The notes under the pieces are model-generated. The model saw nothing but the letters and a program-made list of their open reading frames with translations, was not told the origin of the DNA and did no database searches. This document shows, piece by piece, positions 1-12,569 of a stretch of DNA of 64,000 nt. This DNA is from Chrysomallon squamiferum (Eukaryota; Animalia; Mollusca): positions 32,984,001-33,048,000 of the forward strand of contig CM022665.1 of NCBI GenBank assembly GCA_012295275.1, written 5' to 3'. The first letter of the stretch is position 1. Every line of letters starts with the position of its first letter. The position numbers and the translations under genes were made by a program.

Positions 1-189
1 ATTATTATTATTTTCTCTGTGCATTAAGAAAACTGACATAAAATTGTTACAATGGTCGAGATTTAATTGAAATAGAAAATAATTATATTTCAAAATACAA
101 ATAAATTTCTGTAAAGAATATCTAACAATGGAGTGAATGTTGAAAGTGAAAAAGAGGTTTTGTATGTATGGGGTAGAGAGATACACAAA

Positions 190-259
190 CAGTCAGATAG
201 ATAGATGGAAAGATAGCTAGATAGACAGACACACAGACAGATAGATAGATAGATAGATG

Positions 260-297
<38 letters not shown>

Positions 298-410
298 TAG
301 ATAGATAGATAGATAGACAGATAAATGGACACAGATAAACAGATAAAAGGATAGGTGGATGGATGGATTGTGGATAGATTTATGGATTGATTGATAGATG
401 GATGGAGACA
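190..410. repeat. Compound (GATA)n/(GACA)n/(GATG)n microsatellite
   Basis: Tandem gata/gaca/ggat units seen directly. Confidence 0.9.
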
Positions 411-1077
411 AAGGAGTAAGAGAAAGTATGAGTGAGAGATTAAGAGTGAAAAAGAGAGAAAACTGGTAAGAGAGTAAAACAATTTTGCAGAGAATGCCTT
501 AAGATCCGATAATTATAAATTAAACCAGTGAAGAGGAATTTACTTTTTTAACTTAATTTTTCTCAGATGACATACTGACATCTTCGGTAGTAATTCAATG
601 TATGTGTATGCTGACTGACATATAAAAAATATAATATCTCATTTTACATATAAATTCATAAGAGGATGATGCTCCAGACATCAACATATTCCTCCTAATT
701 TATACTCGCAGAACTTTTTGAAATTACGGATCACCATTGCAGCTGCATTAGTTATTCCGTTCAAAACACAGATCCCTTGTGGGCAAAGACCTATTCGTAA
801 TTCATCACGTGCAATTTATCCGCCATTGCAAAGAGTCATTTATGTTTTTAAACAGCCATAGTAAGATGTTCACAACAGCCGTAGACAACACTTAAATTTC
901 TAAATCTTACTCTTTGAGACCTCATGTATTTATGTTTCTATCACAATATTTATCCGATTATATTTACTTTCTTTCACAAAGTGCAACAATATAGTACTCA
1001 TACCGTATTTTCTTACATTACATCTGGTGTATATGTTCATTCAACTTAAAATAAATAAATAAATAAATAAAATAAAA

Positions 1078-1298
1078 TTATAAATCATTTTCTTTCAGGT
1101 GATTTATCAGTTTTTGTAGGGAAGAAAGACAATGGTTTCGCCATCTACGAGTTTTGTCCCTTTGTTTCAGGGGTATTTGAATTAACAATTCTTTTTCAAT
1201 TTCCTTGGCAATATCGCCTCCCATTCTTTCGTTTACTTTTATATCTCTCTGTATCCCTAGCACCATGTCACCGGCTCTTATGCAGAAATCTAACCATC
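1078..1298 (-). CDS. CRYL1: CRYL1-like terminal exon 6
   Basis: CAG acceptor; in phase 1 reads GWLDFCIRAGDMVLGIQ...RRWRNHCLSSLQKLINHLKENDL*. Confidence 0.85.
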
Positions 1299-2682
1299 CT
1301 GGAATGTAGAGATTAAATTAAATATAATCTTCATTTTGATGACGATGATGATAATAATGATTAGTTTTTCTGTAGCCAAGCGTACATAGTAAACATCACA
1401 ACGTAATATAACGGCAACAGGAGCATGACGATTACTGACACTGCAACGTATGCAAAAGTATTGTGTAGCTCCAAAAATCGATTATCAAGAACAGTAATGT
1501 TTCTAAAAACACATTATCAGTGAAAATGTCTCATTATGTTAAATGCTGATCAAATGTATATATAATATTACAAATTTATACTTTATTCTTGTCTAAATGA
1601 CAAGCGATCTTTTTTGTGTATTTGTAGCATGTTTCTGCCATGCTAGTGAAAATAAATATTTATGTGTTAAAGCATATATCACTATTATCAGTAACGATAC
1701 AAACAAGACAAGCTAATAAAACCACCACCACTACAAACAACAACCAATAAAAGTAATAAAAATATCACTGAACTCCTCAGTTTACTATATTTATGAGTTA
1801 TATTGTTCAAACTGCGAATACGGAACATCAAACTGCTTCTTTATCTGTTTGTACCTGTTTAGCTATTTGCTTATGTATGTATATGTGAATGCATGTATGT
1901 AAGTATGCCTATACAGAGTTGTTTACCATTTCGATTGATGTGTTGCACATCGAACATCCCCATACACCAGTACCACATACATGCCTTCTTTCATGCCTGT
2001 TTCCACGTCATTAACGTCGCAGTATCCTTCCTAAATACAATAGCAACAGTTTTAAACAGTATTATTTATTTTATTTTATTTTATTTTATTTGGTTTTATT
2101 TCATTTCCTTTCATTGCATAAAGCATCCTCGCACAAACACTACACAAGCTCGATCTCGATTACATTCTTTGATTCAAAATGATAGCATAACATTATAAAC
2201 AATGCATAATATAATGTAAAAAGTTGGCCCGAAACATGTTATTCTCTCTTCTGTTTTGAACAATCCTTCACCCCAGTCACACTGATAACATTACCAACAC
2301 CTGACCTGAGAAATAAACCTCGAAATTCTACACACTTTAATAAGTTGATAGGCTGCTTCAAAAATCGCCGATTCGATGCTGAATGCTGCAAAACCTTCTA
2401 CTTCTCGAACTAACTTCACCGGAGACTGACCTATTTCAATCATAAGACTAGATGTCATGTCACAAGATTCTGGAGAGGTCCAAGGTGCTGGGACTAACTC
2501 CACACATGTTGTGTAGTTTATAGGATCAACCTAAATCAACATATATATATTTATAGATATTTTAATTGTTTTAATACCAACAATACTATTTATTATAATT
2601 GTAAATCAAACATAGAGACAAACTGTGGTGTTATTAGTTGTTAAAATATATTTCAAAAGTCAATATACTACGTTGAGCGAGC

Positions 2683-2755
<73 letters not shown>

Positions 2756-4525
2756 TTCGTGTCCACAGAACTCTGGCTATGTACGATGTTGTGAGTTTAT
2801 ATCTGAATAGCTCACTGTTTCTTAACATTATTATCATAGTCATTAAACTCAAAGTGAAGAAAAAGGGATCTTCTTAAAGAACTTACCGAGTGGACTGTGA
2901 GAAATCTATGTCTGTTTATCAAGTCTCGGGAAAGTAAGGACGGCAAGATCATTCCGCTGTTACCAACAATGGTTTCATATCCCATTAAGTCATCTACCTT
3001 CTTTAGCATTTTAACTTTAAGACTTACGTCATCATGTAAACACTCCTGTAGAAAAATGAAAAGATTTACATCAAGAGAATAAATAAATACAACATATCTT
3101 ATGTCATATAATTTAGAACATTTATGATTAATATGTCAAGGGAAAAATATTTTATATTTGTTCTAGCGTTAAAACAACAATTCATAGCAAATTTAAAAAA
3201 AAAAAAAAAAAAAAAAAACGTTATTTGAATTTAGTACTCACTTTTTGAACATTATGAAACATTATTTTAGAAGTGTGATTGGATGAGGGTATTATTATTT
3301 TTTCATCAGAGTACTGCTGAAACAGACCTATCATGGACACATATTACAATCTTGCCAGGGATATCTGACTAAGCGATTTTCAAAAGGTATATTTGTATAT
3401 TGGTTCAACTCAGTAACTATAGAGGTGTTCTCACTATTCGTTAAAATGACTGTAGATAAACATAAGACAAAAGAATGTTCGGCTTGTTTAATTTCGATTT
3501 TTCATGATTTAATCCACTTTATTAGACTATCCCTTGACGTTTAATATTTTTTGGATGACAATTTGCAATATAAACCTGAATATAAACCGAGTCCATTACA
3601 CAGTCGAGGAGACTGCTGGTAACTGTAATGTTTTTCAGTATTTCATCCTGATTCAGGTTTCCTCTGGTAACACCATCCTTTTCCAGGTGCTTCAACAATT
3701 TTTGAATTTCAGTGAAAACTGTCGCTACGTGTGACTGGTTTGGATCAAATATACAAACTCTGTGACCTGCATAAGCAAACAATATCGCCCAGTTCTGTCC
3801 AAGAGTCTCACTGTAAACACAGAAAACGTTTAGCTGAAACGATGTTTGTTCAACAATAGAATAAATACTGAAGTATTACAACTGAGAATTTATCCTTCGA
3901 CGAACAGCGATTCAAACTAGCAATCTGATGAAAAGCATCTTACCTCATATAAAAAAATATTTGTGTTACACTGATGATTGCAGAAATAAAACAACAGCAA
4001 CAAAAACAGAAAATTTATTTTATCAATATTAAAGTATTTATCTCTATAAAATGAGAACATTCATGTTGAAGCTGTTGTTATTTTTAAATATTTTGTTTTA
4101 TTTTTTCATGTTTAATTATATTTAATTAGTTTCTTGCAAAACACAGAAACGCCACATCTTTTTTCTTTTAAGAAAGAATACTACAGAAATTTTGGTAACA
4201 CACAAATGCACAAACCCACACACACACACACACACACACACACCTATTTTAACACAATTCTCAAAAAGTATTTTCTTTACAGTAATGAAAGCAGGTCAAC
4301 ACCAGTGATAAATACATACCAGTCTAAATAACACAGCACTTGTACACCTTGTGATAGGAAGAAACAGCATAAATATATTTTATTTTTATATTTCCGAACA
4401 CAAACTTTCTGATAGAAAAATGACAGTTAAATATCAAGGCTGACTGGTAAAATTCAAATAATTTTGTCTTACCTCCCAATAATTCCTATCTTCATATTTG
4501 TTTGACTCAGTGACTTGGACGCCAT
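1078..4525 (-). CDS. CRYL1: Lambda-crystallin / L-gulonate 3-dehydrogenase (CRYL1)-like gene, 6 coding exons, divergent and frameshifted in exon 5 as assembled (possible pseudogene)
   Basis: Exons 4473-4525, 3576-3810, 2887-3045, 2336-2530, 1927-2030 and 1078-1298, all GT-AG. Translation MKIGIIGSETLGQNWAILFAYAGHRVCIFD...YIQ|ECLHDDVSLK...TVHS|VDPINYTTCVELVPAPWT...IGQSPVKLVREVEGF...RRWRNHCLSSLQKL is colinear with CRYL1 as recalled (VGSGVIGRSWAMLFA, IQECVPEDLELK, AHPVNPPYYIPLVELVP, IGQCP, RRQWRDECL). Confidence 0.9.
1927..2030 (-). CDS. CRYL1: CRYL1-like exon 5 (frameshift at ~1979)
   Basis: EGYCDVNDVETGMKEGM, then after a frame change MWYWCMGMFDVQHINRNG, aligning to [36 protein letters not shown]; 104 nt where 106 would keep the frame. 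Confidence 0.8.
2336..2530 (-). CDS. CRYL1: CRYL1-like exon 4
   Basis: VDPINYTTCVELVPAPWTSP...EAAYQLIK; 195 nt, phase 0-0. Confidence 0.9.
2687..2752. repeat. (GA)n microsatellite
   Basis: Pure GA run in CRYL1-like intron 3. Confidence 0.95.
2887..3045 (-). CDS. CRYL1: CRYL1-like exon 3
   Basis: ECLHDDVSLKVKML...FLTVHS; GTAAGT donor; 159 nt. Confidence 0.9.
3576..3810 (-). CDS. CRYL1: CRYL1-like exon 2
   Basis: CAG acceptor; ETLGQNWAILFAYAGHRVCIFD...SVYIQ; GT donor, phase 0. Confidence 0.9.
4473..4525 (-). CDS. CRYL1: CRYL1-like exon 1 (MASKSLSQTNMKIGIIGS)
   Basis: ATG at 4525; donor AG|GTAAG; phase 2 matches exon 2. Confidence 0.85.
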
Positions 4526-5130
4526 ACTTATCATTTTCAGTCGCTGTCTGTGTTACCGTATCTACTTTTATAAACAACAACACTAAGAGATCAACATGTT
4601 TTATAACAAATAAATTAGTAAATAAATAAATAAATAAATAAATAATAAAAAGTAAACATTAAAAAAAAAAATAATAATAATAACTTTTTATTAAAGGAAC
4701 ATTAAAGATGTATTTCAAATAATTATTCAGTCCACTGCATCATCAATGTAATAATGCTTTGAATATTAATTACTATTGTTACAACGGTTACTTCAAACTG
4801 CTTTATCCTAAAAACAACAACAACAACAAAAGTATATATATATATATATATCGAGATTTTTTGTTTTTGTTCTTTTTAAAATTATTTTCCTTTGTTTCTG
4901 CGGGATTTTTTCGATTTCAGAATGATGAAATTAAAATTATATTAAATAATGAATAATTTTTTATCGATTACACAAAATCCAGTGTGGAATATTTTACTTT
5001 TTTCTCAGGGAATATTAAGATTATATATTTTTCCATTTCTGGAACCTTGTTATAGATATTTACCAACCGAACAACCGACAAATAATCAAACAAACAGAAA
5101 GACAGATAACTAAATAAATAAAATAACTAT

Positions 5131-5192
5131 TACGTCAGTTGTTAGATTTTTATAAAACTAATACGTCAGTTGTTAGATTTTTATAAAACTAA
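5131..5192. repeat. 31-bp perfect tandem duplication
   Basis: tacgtcagttgttagatttttataaaactaa occurs twice in tandem. Confidence 0.9.
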
Positions 5193-6352
5193 ATTTTAAT
5201 GGCGCACATTAAACATGATATAATAAATTATTTTCAGGCAGGTGTCTGTATTGTTCTATGTATTTGACCTTTGTTCTGCTGATAAAGTAAATAAATGTCA
5301 TGTCAAACGTGTATATGTATAATTACAGCTGATAACTGCTTGTGGTCTTCATATATAATAAACACCAGCTTGCAAATACATTACACATTCTGCATCTAGT
5401 TTTAGTTATAATAAACTATCTCTCTATCTCTCCTTCCCTCCATTTGTGTGTATCTCTCTTTCCCTCTGTCTGTGTAAGTATCTCTGTATGTGTATGATGT
5501 GTTTTTCTTTCATATACCTACATCTCTCTCCTGTGTCTTTTTTGTCTCTTTCATATTTCTGAATAGTAGTACAGGGAGATTAAATGAAGAGGTAAATGTG
5601 GATCAAGAATGTTGATCGTATTTATTTAGATATTTCATATTACATATGATTAGATATTAAATATGTACTTCCTTAATAAAATTATTTATTAAACCGTAGT
5701 AATTGCAGCTTGAACATAATTATATTCCAGGATTTTTCGAAGTTTTCTTTCACGGATTTTAAAAAACAAAAATTGTTATTAATATTTTTTAATCTCCTTG
5801 CCATCATATACACTCCAGTAACGTTCGAAGCTATAATAAAAACATTACCTAATTTTTATTAAGAAGAAGAAGAAACGAAATATTTATTTATTTATATGCA
5901 TTTTACAGTAATTTCATATACCATTTATTTATCATTTCTTGCTGTTTCGGAAAATCAAATACATTTTACAGTCCAGTATGCTATAGCTTTGAGTTGCATA
6001 ATTGTCGCAACACATATAAATTTTACACCAGTTATTAAAAATACCCTTAATTTTTTTAAACCAAAACTACCTTAAATTACCAGTTCTGCAGGCAATTGTC
6101 TGTTATCTGGTCTGTTTACATACAATATTTTTCTCTATGTTCTGTTATTAAGAAATATTTACATAAGTATCTCTGGTATTTTACTTCTAAATTTCGAAAC
6201 TTCTAAACTGATTTTAGCCAGCAGTTGTATGCTGTTGTTGAAAATACGTCAGTTATTTAAGGATTTAAGCCTTTAATAATAACTATTCATCTCGTGCTTC
6301 AAACTGAAAGTTTAATATTTTGACTAATAACTAAGTCTTCTTCAAGAAGACG

Positions 6353-6470
6353 GCTAGACCAGTACTAGGATATAGAATGATATCTTGGGGAACAGCAGCA
6401 GATATTGGTACAGACTTCATGGATCATAAGATCTAGACAATTCCAATACACTGCAGAATTCCTACGGAAT
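6353..6470 (+). mobile_element. Short LINE fragment, paralogous to 12573-12672
   Basis: Shared tagaccagtactaggata...aacagcagcagatatt.gtacagacttcatggatcataagatctagacaat...ctgcagaattcct. Confidence 0.7.
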
Positions 6471-6742
6471 GTTCAAATGTCTTATCTTTTATCTAGATGT
6501 AATGTTAGTACACAGCTATAACTTTATTTATACTGTCTCGCAATATAACACAAGCTCTCGCAAAACCTTCTAAAATGTAAGACATTGTTTTATTTTAAAT
6601 AGTAATTTATAAATCTTTTGCCAATTTTACCAGCTCACTTTTATCAGTTTTGTAGATAATAAAGTTTTAATCTTCATATGAAAGCAGCAAAGAAACTTTG
6701 ACCTCTTCGTGTTTAGATAATATAGTACAAACTCACACACTG

Positions 6743-6746
<4 letters not shown>

Positions 6747-6785
<39 letters not shown>
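6747..6785. repeat. (AT)n microsatellite
   Basis: Pure AT run. Confidence 0.9.
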
Positions 6786-6788
<3 letters not shown>

Positions 6789-7261
6789 ATTTATTTATTA
6801 TCATTACTACTTTTATTTTTATATTGATTATTATTATTATTATTGTTTATTCGTTTATTCATTTATTTTGTTTTATTTATTTATTTGTAATAATATTTTT
6901 AAAAAATATAGGGCGAAACGGGTACAAGGTGGTATAACTAGCATGGACTAACAGGAACAATAACAGCACAAAATACATCACCAGACAAAATGCCTCCAGA
7001 ATTACGCCGATTTAATGGGTACAAACTACACCTGAATATTTTCTGTTGGGTTCCGGCACGGGGAACATTGCCAACTAGAAAAGTTATAACATTAATCTTA
7101 TAACAAATTATAATTTTAGTTTATTATGCAGTTTGAAAAGTTTGATTAAGTTGAAAAAGTAATTAGGAAAGGCGCAGGACATTATGATACTATGAAGAAC
7201 CATCCTTACCTTTATCAGTGTAAATCGTAAAAAGTTAAGAAAATAGATGTAAAATACTTGA

Positions 7262-7314
7262 AATCGGAAGTTTCCGAGCGCTCACGGAAATTTCCGATTG
7301 AAATCCAAGATGGC
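7262..7314. promoter_or_regulatory. Candidate promoter module: palindromic pair of GGAA(G/A)TTTCC sites plus a YY1-like AAGATGGC
   Basis: aatcggaagtttccg (7262-7276) and cggaaatttccgatt (7285-7299) are 14/15 inverted; AAGATGGC at 7307-7314; locally CpG-rich. Confidence 0.4.
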
Positions 7315-8343
7315 AGTTTCGAACGCCGGTCAGTGATTACAAACTTTAAAACATGTATTCTTTCATAATGCAATCAGTTCTACATGGATTATTAAAAGTA
7401 ATTTTGGTAAATAATCAATGCCTCGTATACAGAGATGTCTATTATTGAGTAGAAGTTGCTGCAAAGATCGAAACATCTATTTTTTGTCTTTAGTAACTTT
7501 GACGTCATACCATCTTGTACCCGTTTCGTGCTGTTTTTTTTTTTTTTTTTTTTTTTTTTTATTTTTTTCAGATATTATTACGACGTCGCCAGCCAAAACA
7601 CCCTCAACAAAACAACAACAATAAAATGAAATAAAATAAATAATTCTGACAGACACTGACGCGTGAATATGAAGATAACTTTTCTCATTAGGTACCATAA
7701 TGTGGACACGTTACTCTGCTAAAACTCCATATCGGACAGGTCTCGGTACGTAGTTGCAAAAAAGTACTTGAAACCATTATAACTCTTTTTTTTTTAATAA
7801 TATTTATTTCTATTTTCAATGTATTAGAGGTGGTAATTACATGCAAAAAGCAAATTGATCACGTGTTGTTGTTTTTTTGAATGATTGCCTTGATATTTTC
7901 ATTATAATGCTTGATACCAGTTTTACAAAAAAAAATTAAAAAAAAAAAAAAAAAAAAATGTAAAGGTCCATCAATCGGCCGGATAAAAAAATTAGTCAAA
8001 AATAAATGTTTCACTCTTTTTCGTTAAAACAAAAAGCATTCAACTTCTAAAACGTGTATTGTTATATATGCAAACAAAGAGTTCCCTGTTTTAATTTTTA
8101 AAAAAGTATTTGTCCTTGCTAGTATAACGTCACCAAACCAAAAAAAAAAAAAGAAAAGAAAGTTTCGACCTTTGCAGTAATTTCTGCTCTATAATGGACG
8201 TCTGTACTTACGAAGCATTTATTATATGACATATTTTTAAAAATTACGTTAATAACCCATGTGGAATTGATTGCATCATGAAGAAATATGATGATGATGA
8301 TGTTGTTATTGTAATTATTATTGTCATTATCAGTACTATCATC

Positions 8344-8344
<1 letters not shown>

Positions 8345-8392
<48 letters not shown>
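8345..8392. repeat. (ATT)n microsatellite
   Basis: Direct observation. Confidence 0.85.
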
Positions 8393-8393
<1 letters not shown>

Positions 8394-9433
8394 GAGTTTG
8401 AAGAAATGTCAAAATTTTGGGTAAGTATTCATAGCTTTACTGTTTGGTTATAAAATACCAGAGAGTATGATTTCATTGACACCCCATGCTTATAAATAGC
8501 CTCAAAACTTACCATCCACGCATACAGTTCTGTTCTGACAGCTATCCGACTATCGTCTAGTTGTTGACAATCAAAACGATGCTATACAACAGGACTGTCA
8601 AACAGGTGGCCATTTACTTAAAAAAATTTCTACAGTTCAAGCATGTTTTATCTTCGAAACATAAATTCTGTTTAAAAATCATTTCAACTTTTTTTGGTAC
8701 TTTTGTCAGCTACGTTCTTTTTGTCAAACTACTTCATTACTTAGTATGCACGAATGCTAAAACATTTGTATGCACGTCTATATTATAGATTAAGTATAGT
8801 GCAGATGCAATCAATATAAATTGATTATAATACACTTTTTGTTTCTTAGTTCTGTTGGTTCTTTTGTGGCCCTAGGTAAGACTTGAGTTTGACACCCCTG
8901 CTATACAAAGTCACAGTGTTGCTATATTTAGAATACGCGACCTCTAGAAAAGTATGGAAACTTTAAAGGGCCATGCCCATATTTATTGACAACCAAAACA
9001 ACAAACGTAACTTTTAATATGTTCTATTACTGGTTTCAGTCGATAAATATTGTTTATATAACTGCTGAATCTTACTAATATGATGAGCAATTAAGAAATT
9101 AAACTAAAACAACATTATGTATATACTGGTTTCCCCTGAAGAATAATTATTATTACCGACTTTCCCGTTGGGAAATGTAAATATGTTACTACAATTGAAA
9201 AATGAAGCATTTTAAGTTGATTTATCTTCGTTCTTCTGTTTAAGTTTGTTTACTAGACATTACTATGAATGTTTGTTCAAAAAGAGCAATTTGTGGCTCG
9301 TACGGTCCACTGTATTGTAACGTTTGCGTTTTACCGCGAAATCGTGGTAACCTTCCTTGAACGGAAGGTCGCGCAATGGTGTACTTTTATCAACTGTTTT
9401 AATGTTTTTACTGCATAAATAAATAAATAAATA

Positions 9434-9442
9434 AATAATAAC

Positions 9443-9487
<45 letters not shown>
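9434..9487. repeat. (AAT)n microsatellite
   Basis: Direct observation. Confidence 0.9.
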
Positions 9488-9489
<2 letters not shown>

Positions 9490-10664
9490 TTTCAAGTATC
9501 ATTTACAACAACGTACTAAGAACTGTCCACTATGGAGTTTTGATCGTAAATTTCCAGTACGCTCGGAAAGACTGTAGGAAAAAAGCCACAGAAATAAGTC
9601 ATCTATAGCCATCACATCTTTAGTTCAACAGTTCGGTGGCACATATAGTTTTTCTTAATCTGTTCACTAATTCAGATGGGTTAAGCGGATATTCCAATCA
9701 ACACCTTTTATGCATATTTATGTATCTATGTACTTATATAAACTAAAAAATAAAAAATAAATAAAAAAGACTGATAGTGATGCACTGGTAATATTTTCAT
9801 TTTCAAAAGACGAAACATGAGATTAATTGTTTTAGTCTTGTACTAAAAACAATAACTAATAATAAATTCTTGAAATTGTTTCTTATCTGTCATGAGCAGA
9901 ATGGGGAGTGGTTATGATTAAAATATGACACCACACAACACTACATTTCTCCATTAACCAGGCAATTTTCCATTTTCATTTTCAAGATAATTGTGAAGGA
10001 GAAATTTAAAACACTTTAATTTTTGTTTGTTTTTTCTGAACTTTGCAGAAATGATTAAACAAAAGTTAAGGAAATGTAACTGGTTACTTTTTAATACTTT
10101 TTATTAACAGCAAGGAGCATATCCCCATAATCAGGTAATGTATACCATAGACTGTGATAATTAACTGTGACTGGAAGCTGAGCAGTGAGTGAGCATCAAA
10201 GAATGAAGAATAATAATATGCATCATAAAGCACTGTGTACTGTAACAAGAAAGAGGTAATTTAATTTATTTAAAAATATTTGTTTTAATATTTCTGCTAG
10301 TTTTCAAAATTTAAATATCGTCCTTATGCTGTTAGAGTCAAAGCGCTTTATAATATATATAGCAATCGGTATATATAGTATATTGTGTTATATAATCTAT
10401 GTTACCTATATTGCTTTACAGACAATCACTGTTCTTCTTAAGTTTGTTTATAGATACTAAGAATCAGTTTTGATTATCATTATAATAAATTAATAATGTC
10501 AGCCCTATTATCTAATTATATTAAAACTGATGTATATTACATGAACTATCAAATCCAGACTATTCTGATGTGTATGTTTTAAAGTGTAGCATCTTTTAAT
10601 GATATAAGTTAAACAACAATGAAAATGTTTCAGTTATTTTGTTAATTGAAGCAAACATGAGAAT

Positions 10665-12400
10665 ACAGTGTGTTGTATGTTCTGTGTTTTGTGTGTGTAT
10701 CTGTTTGTGTTTTGCATTTTGTTGTTGTGGTTGTGTTCTTTGGTGTGTTTTCAATGTTATGATGTTGTGTGTACCTTTTACTATATGATGTGTATAATGT
10801 ATGTATTCTATATGTTTGTTGTTGAATGTCTGTATTTTGTGTCCTGTGTACTCTGTGTATCTGCTTTGTGTCCCCTTTGTTGTTTCTATGTATTGTGTCT
10901 GGTTTGCTCTATGTGTGTTTTTCAGAGTGTGTGATAGTTTTGTGTTTTCTGTGGTGTGTTGTTGTGAATGATATGGTGTGATGTCTTCTGTGCCTTGTCC
11001 TATATTGTCTGTGTTATGCATGTATTGTTGTTGCATGTTTCTGTTTTGTTTTCAGTTTCATGTGTATAGTGTATGTATTGTACATGTTTGTGTTTTTTGT
11101 CTGGTCTGATATGTTAAGTGTGTACACTGCATGTGTGTGTGAGAGAGTTTTGTGTTTTGTGTGATGTGGTATGAGACCTGTAGTGTGATCTTGAGAATGA
11201 AGTGATGTGATGTGATGATGTGTGTAAAGTATGTATTGTATATGTTGTTTGTTGTTGCATATCTCTGTTTTGTTTAATGTATGCACTGTGCATATTGTTT
11301 TGTGTCCAGTGTGATGTACCTCGTTTCATATGCCACGTGGTGTCAGTGATGTATGTGTGGTTTGTGGTGTTGTACTGTCTTGTGTATACCACACAGGCAC
11401 CAATCACAACATATACCACGTACACAGCACAAAACACAACACAGAACACATAGTGTGGTGGCTAGTGTGCATATAATGTGTAGAGTTTTTGGTATGTAAT
11501 ATGTTTGTTCCATGTTGTGCTGTTGTATGAGGTATTTCTGTACTTTGTCCTGTATGGTGTGTGTAATGTTTTTTCTGCATACATTTGTTGTTGTTGCATG
11601 GTTGGTTTTGTGTGATGTGTGTAACTCTGTATGTTTGTGTTTTGATTCCAGTTTGGTGTGTGTAATATATGTTGTATATCTTTGTTATTCTTGCTTGTTT
11701 GTTTTTTATGTCAGGCGGTGTCTTGTTTTGAATGCTGTGGTGTGACGTTTACTGTTCCTTGTCCTGTATGTAATGCATTTATTGTATATGTTTGTTGTTG
11801 TATGGTTGCATTTTCATTAATATTTTGTTTGGTCTGCACTGTTTGGTGTGGTGTGTGTAATATATATATTATATATGATTATTGTGTTGTTGTATCTTTC
11901 TGTCTTGTGTAAAGTGTGTCTGTTTCATGTATGGTGTATTGTTTGTTTGATGTGCATGTTGTGGTAAGGTGTGAGGTTTTCTGTGCCTTGTAATATATAT
12001 ATTATGTATGTTTGTATTTTGTGTCCAATGTATTATGTATGTCTGTGTGTTTTGACTTGTGTGATTTGTCTACTGTACATATTATGTTTGTTGTTGCATA
12101 TTTGTCTGGTGATATCTTTGTCTGTGTTTTGTGTCCTGTGTTGTCTGTTTTGTTTCATATGGTATGTGCCCTGTGGTGTGTTGTTTTGAATGCTGTGGTG
12201 TGATGTTTTGTATGACTTTACCTGTATAATGTAAGTTTGTTGTTTTTGTATGTTTGTATTTCGTCCATGTTGCAATATGTATGTCTGTGTTATCTGTTTG
12301 TCTGTTTTTTGTCCACTGTGCTGCTGCTGTCTGTATTTTGTGTCTGGAGTGGTGATTAGTGCATGTACTGTACGTGTGTTTATGTATATGTATAATGTTT
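10665..12400. repeat. ~1.7-kb degenerate TG/TTG-rich low-complexity tract
   Basis: Strong G+T strand bias; produces the spurious C/V-rich and H/T/Q-rich ORFs in the track. Confidence 0.85.
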
Positions 12401-12569
12401 GCAAGAAGGAAACAAATAACTTCTGGATTTAATTTGACCACAGGATTTTATGGAAAACTGAAATTAACAAATACACTAGCAGAGCCAAAATATGAGTCAG
12501 TTACAAAGAAGTTTCAGCATCATCATTTGGCACTATTTATAACATAAAAGAAAAAATCTACTCAGGCTA

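Noticed and set aside
90-482. 130-aa and 64-aa ORFs rich in SIYL/SVCL
   Set aside because: Translations of the GATA/GACA microsatellite.
10596-12441. Many overlapping Cys/Val-rich or His/Thr/Gln-rich ORFs
   Set aside because: Produced on both strands and several frames by the TG-rich tract; no splice structure or domain.
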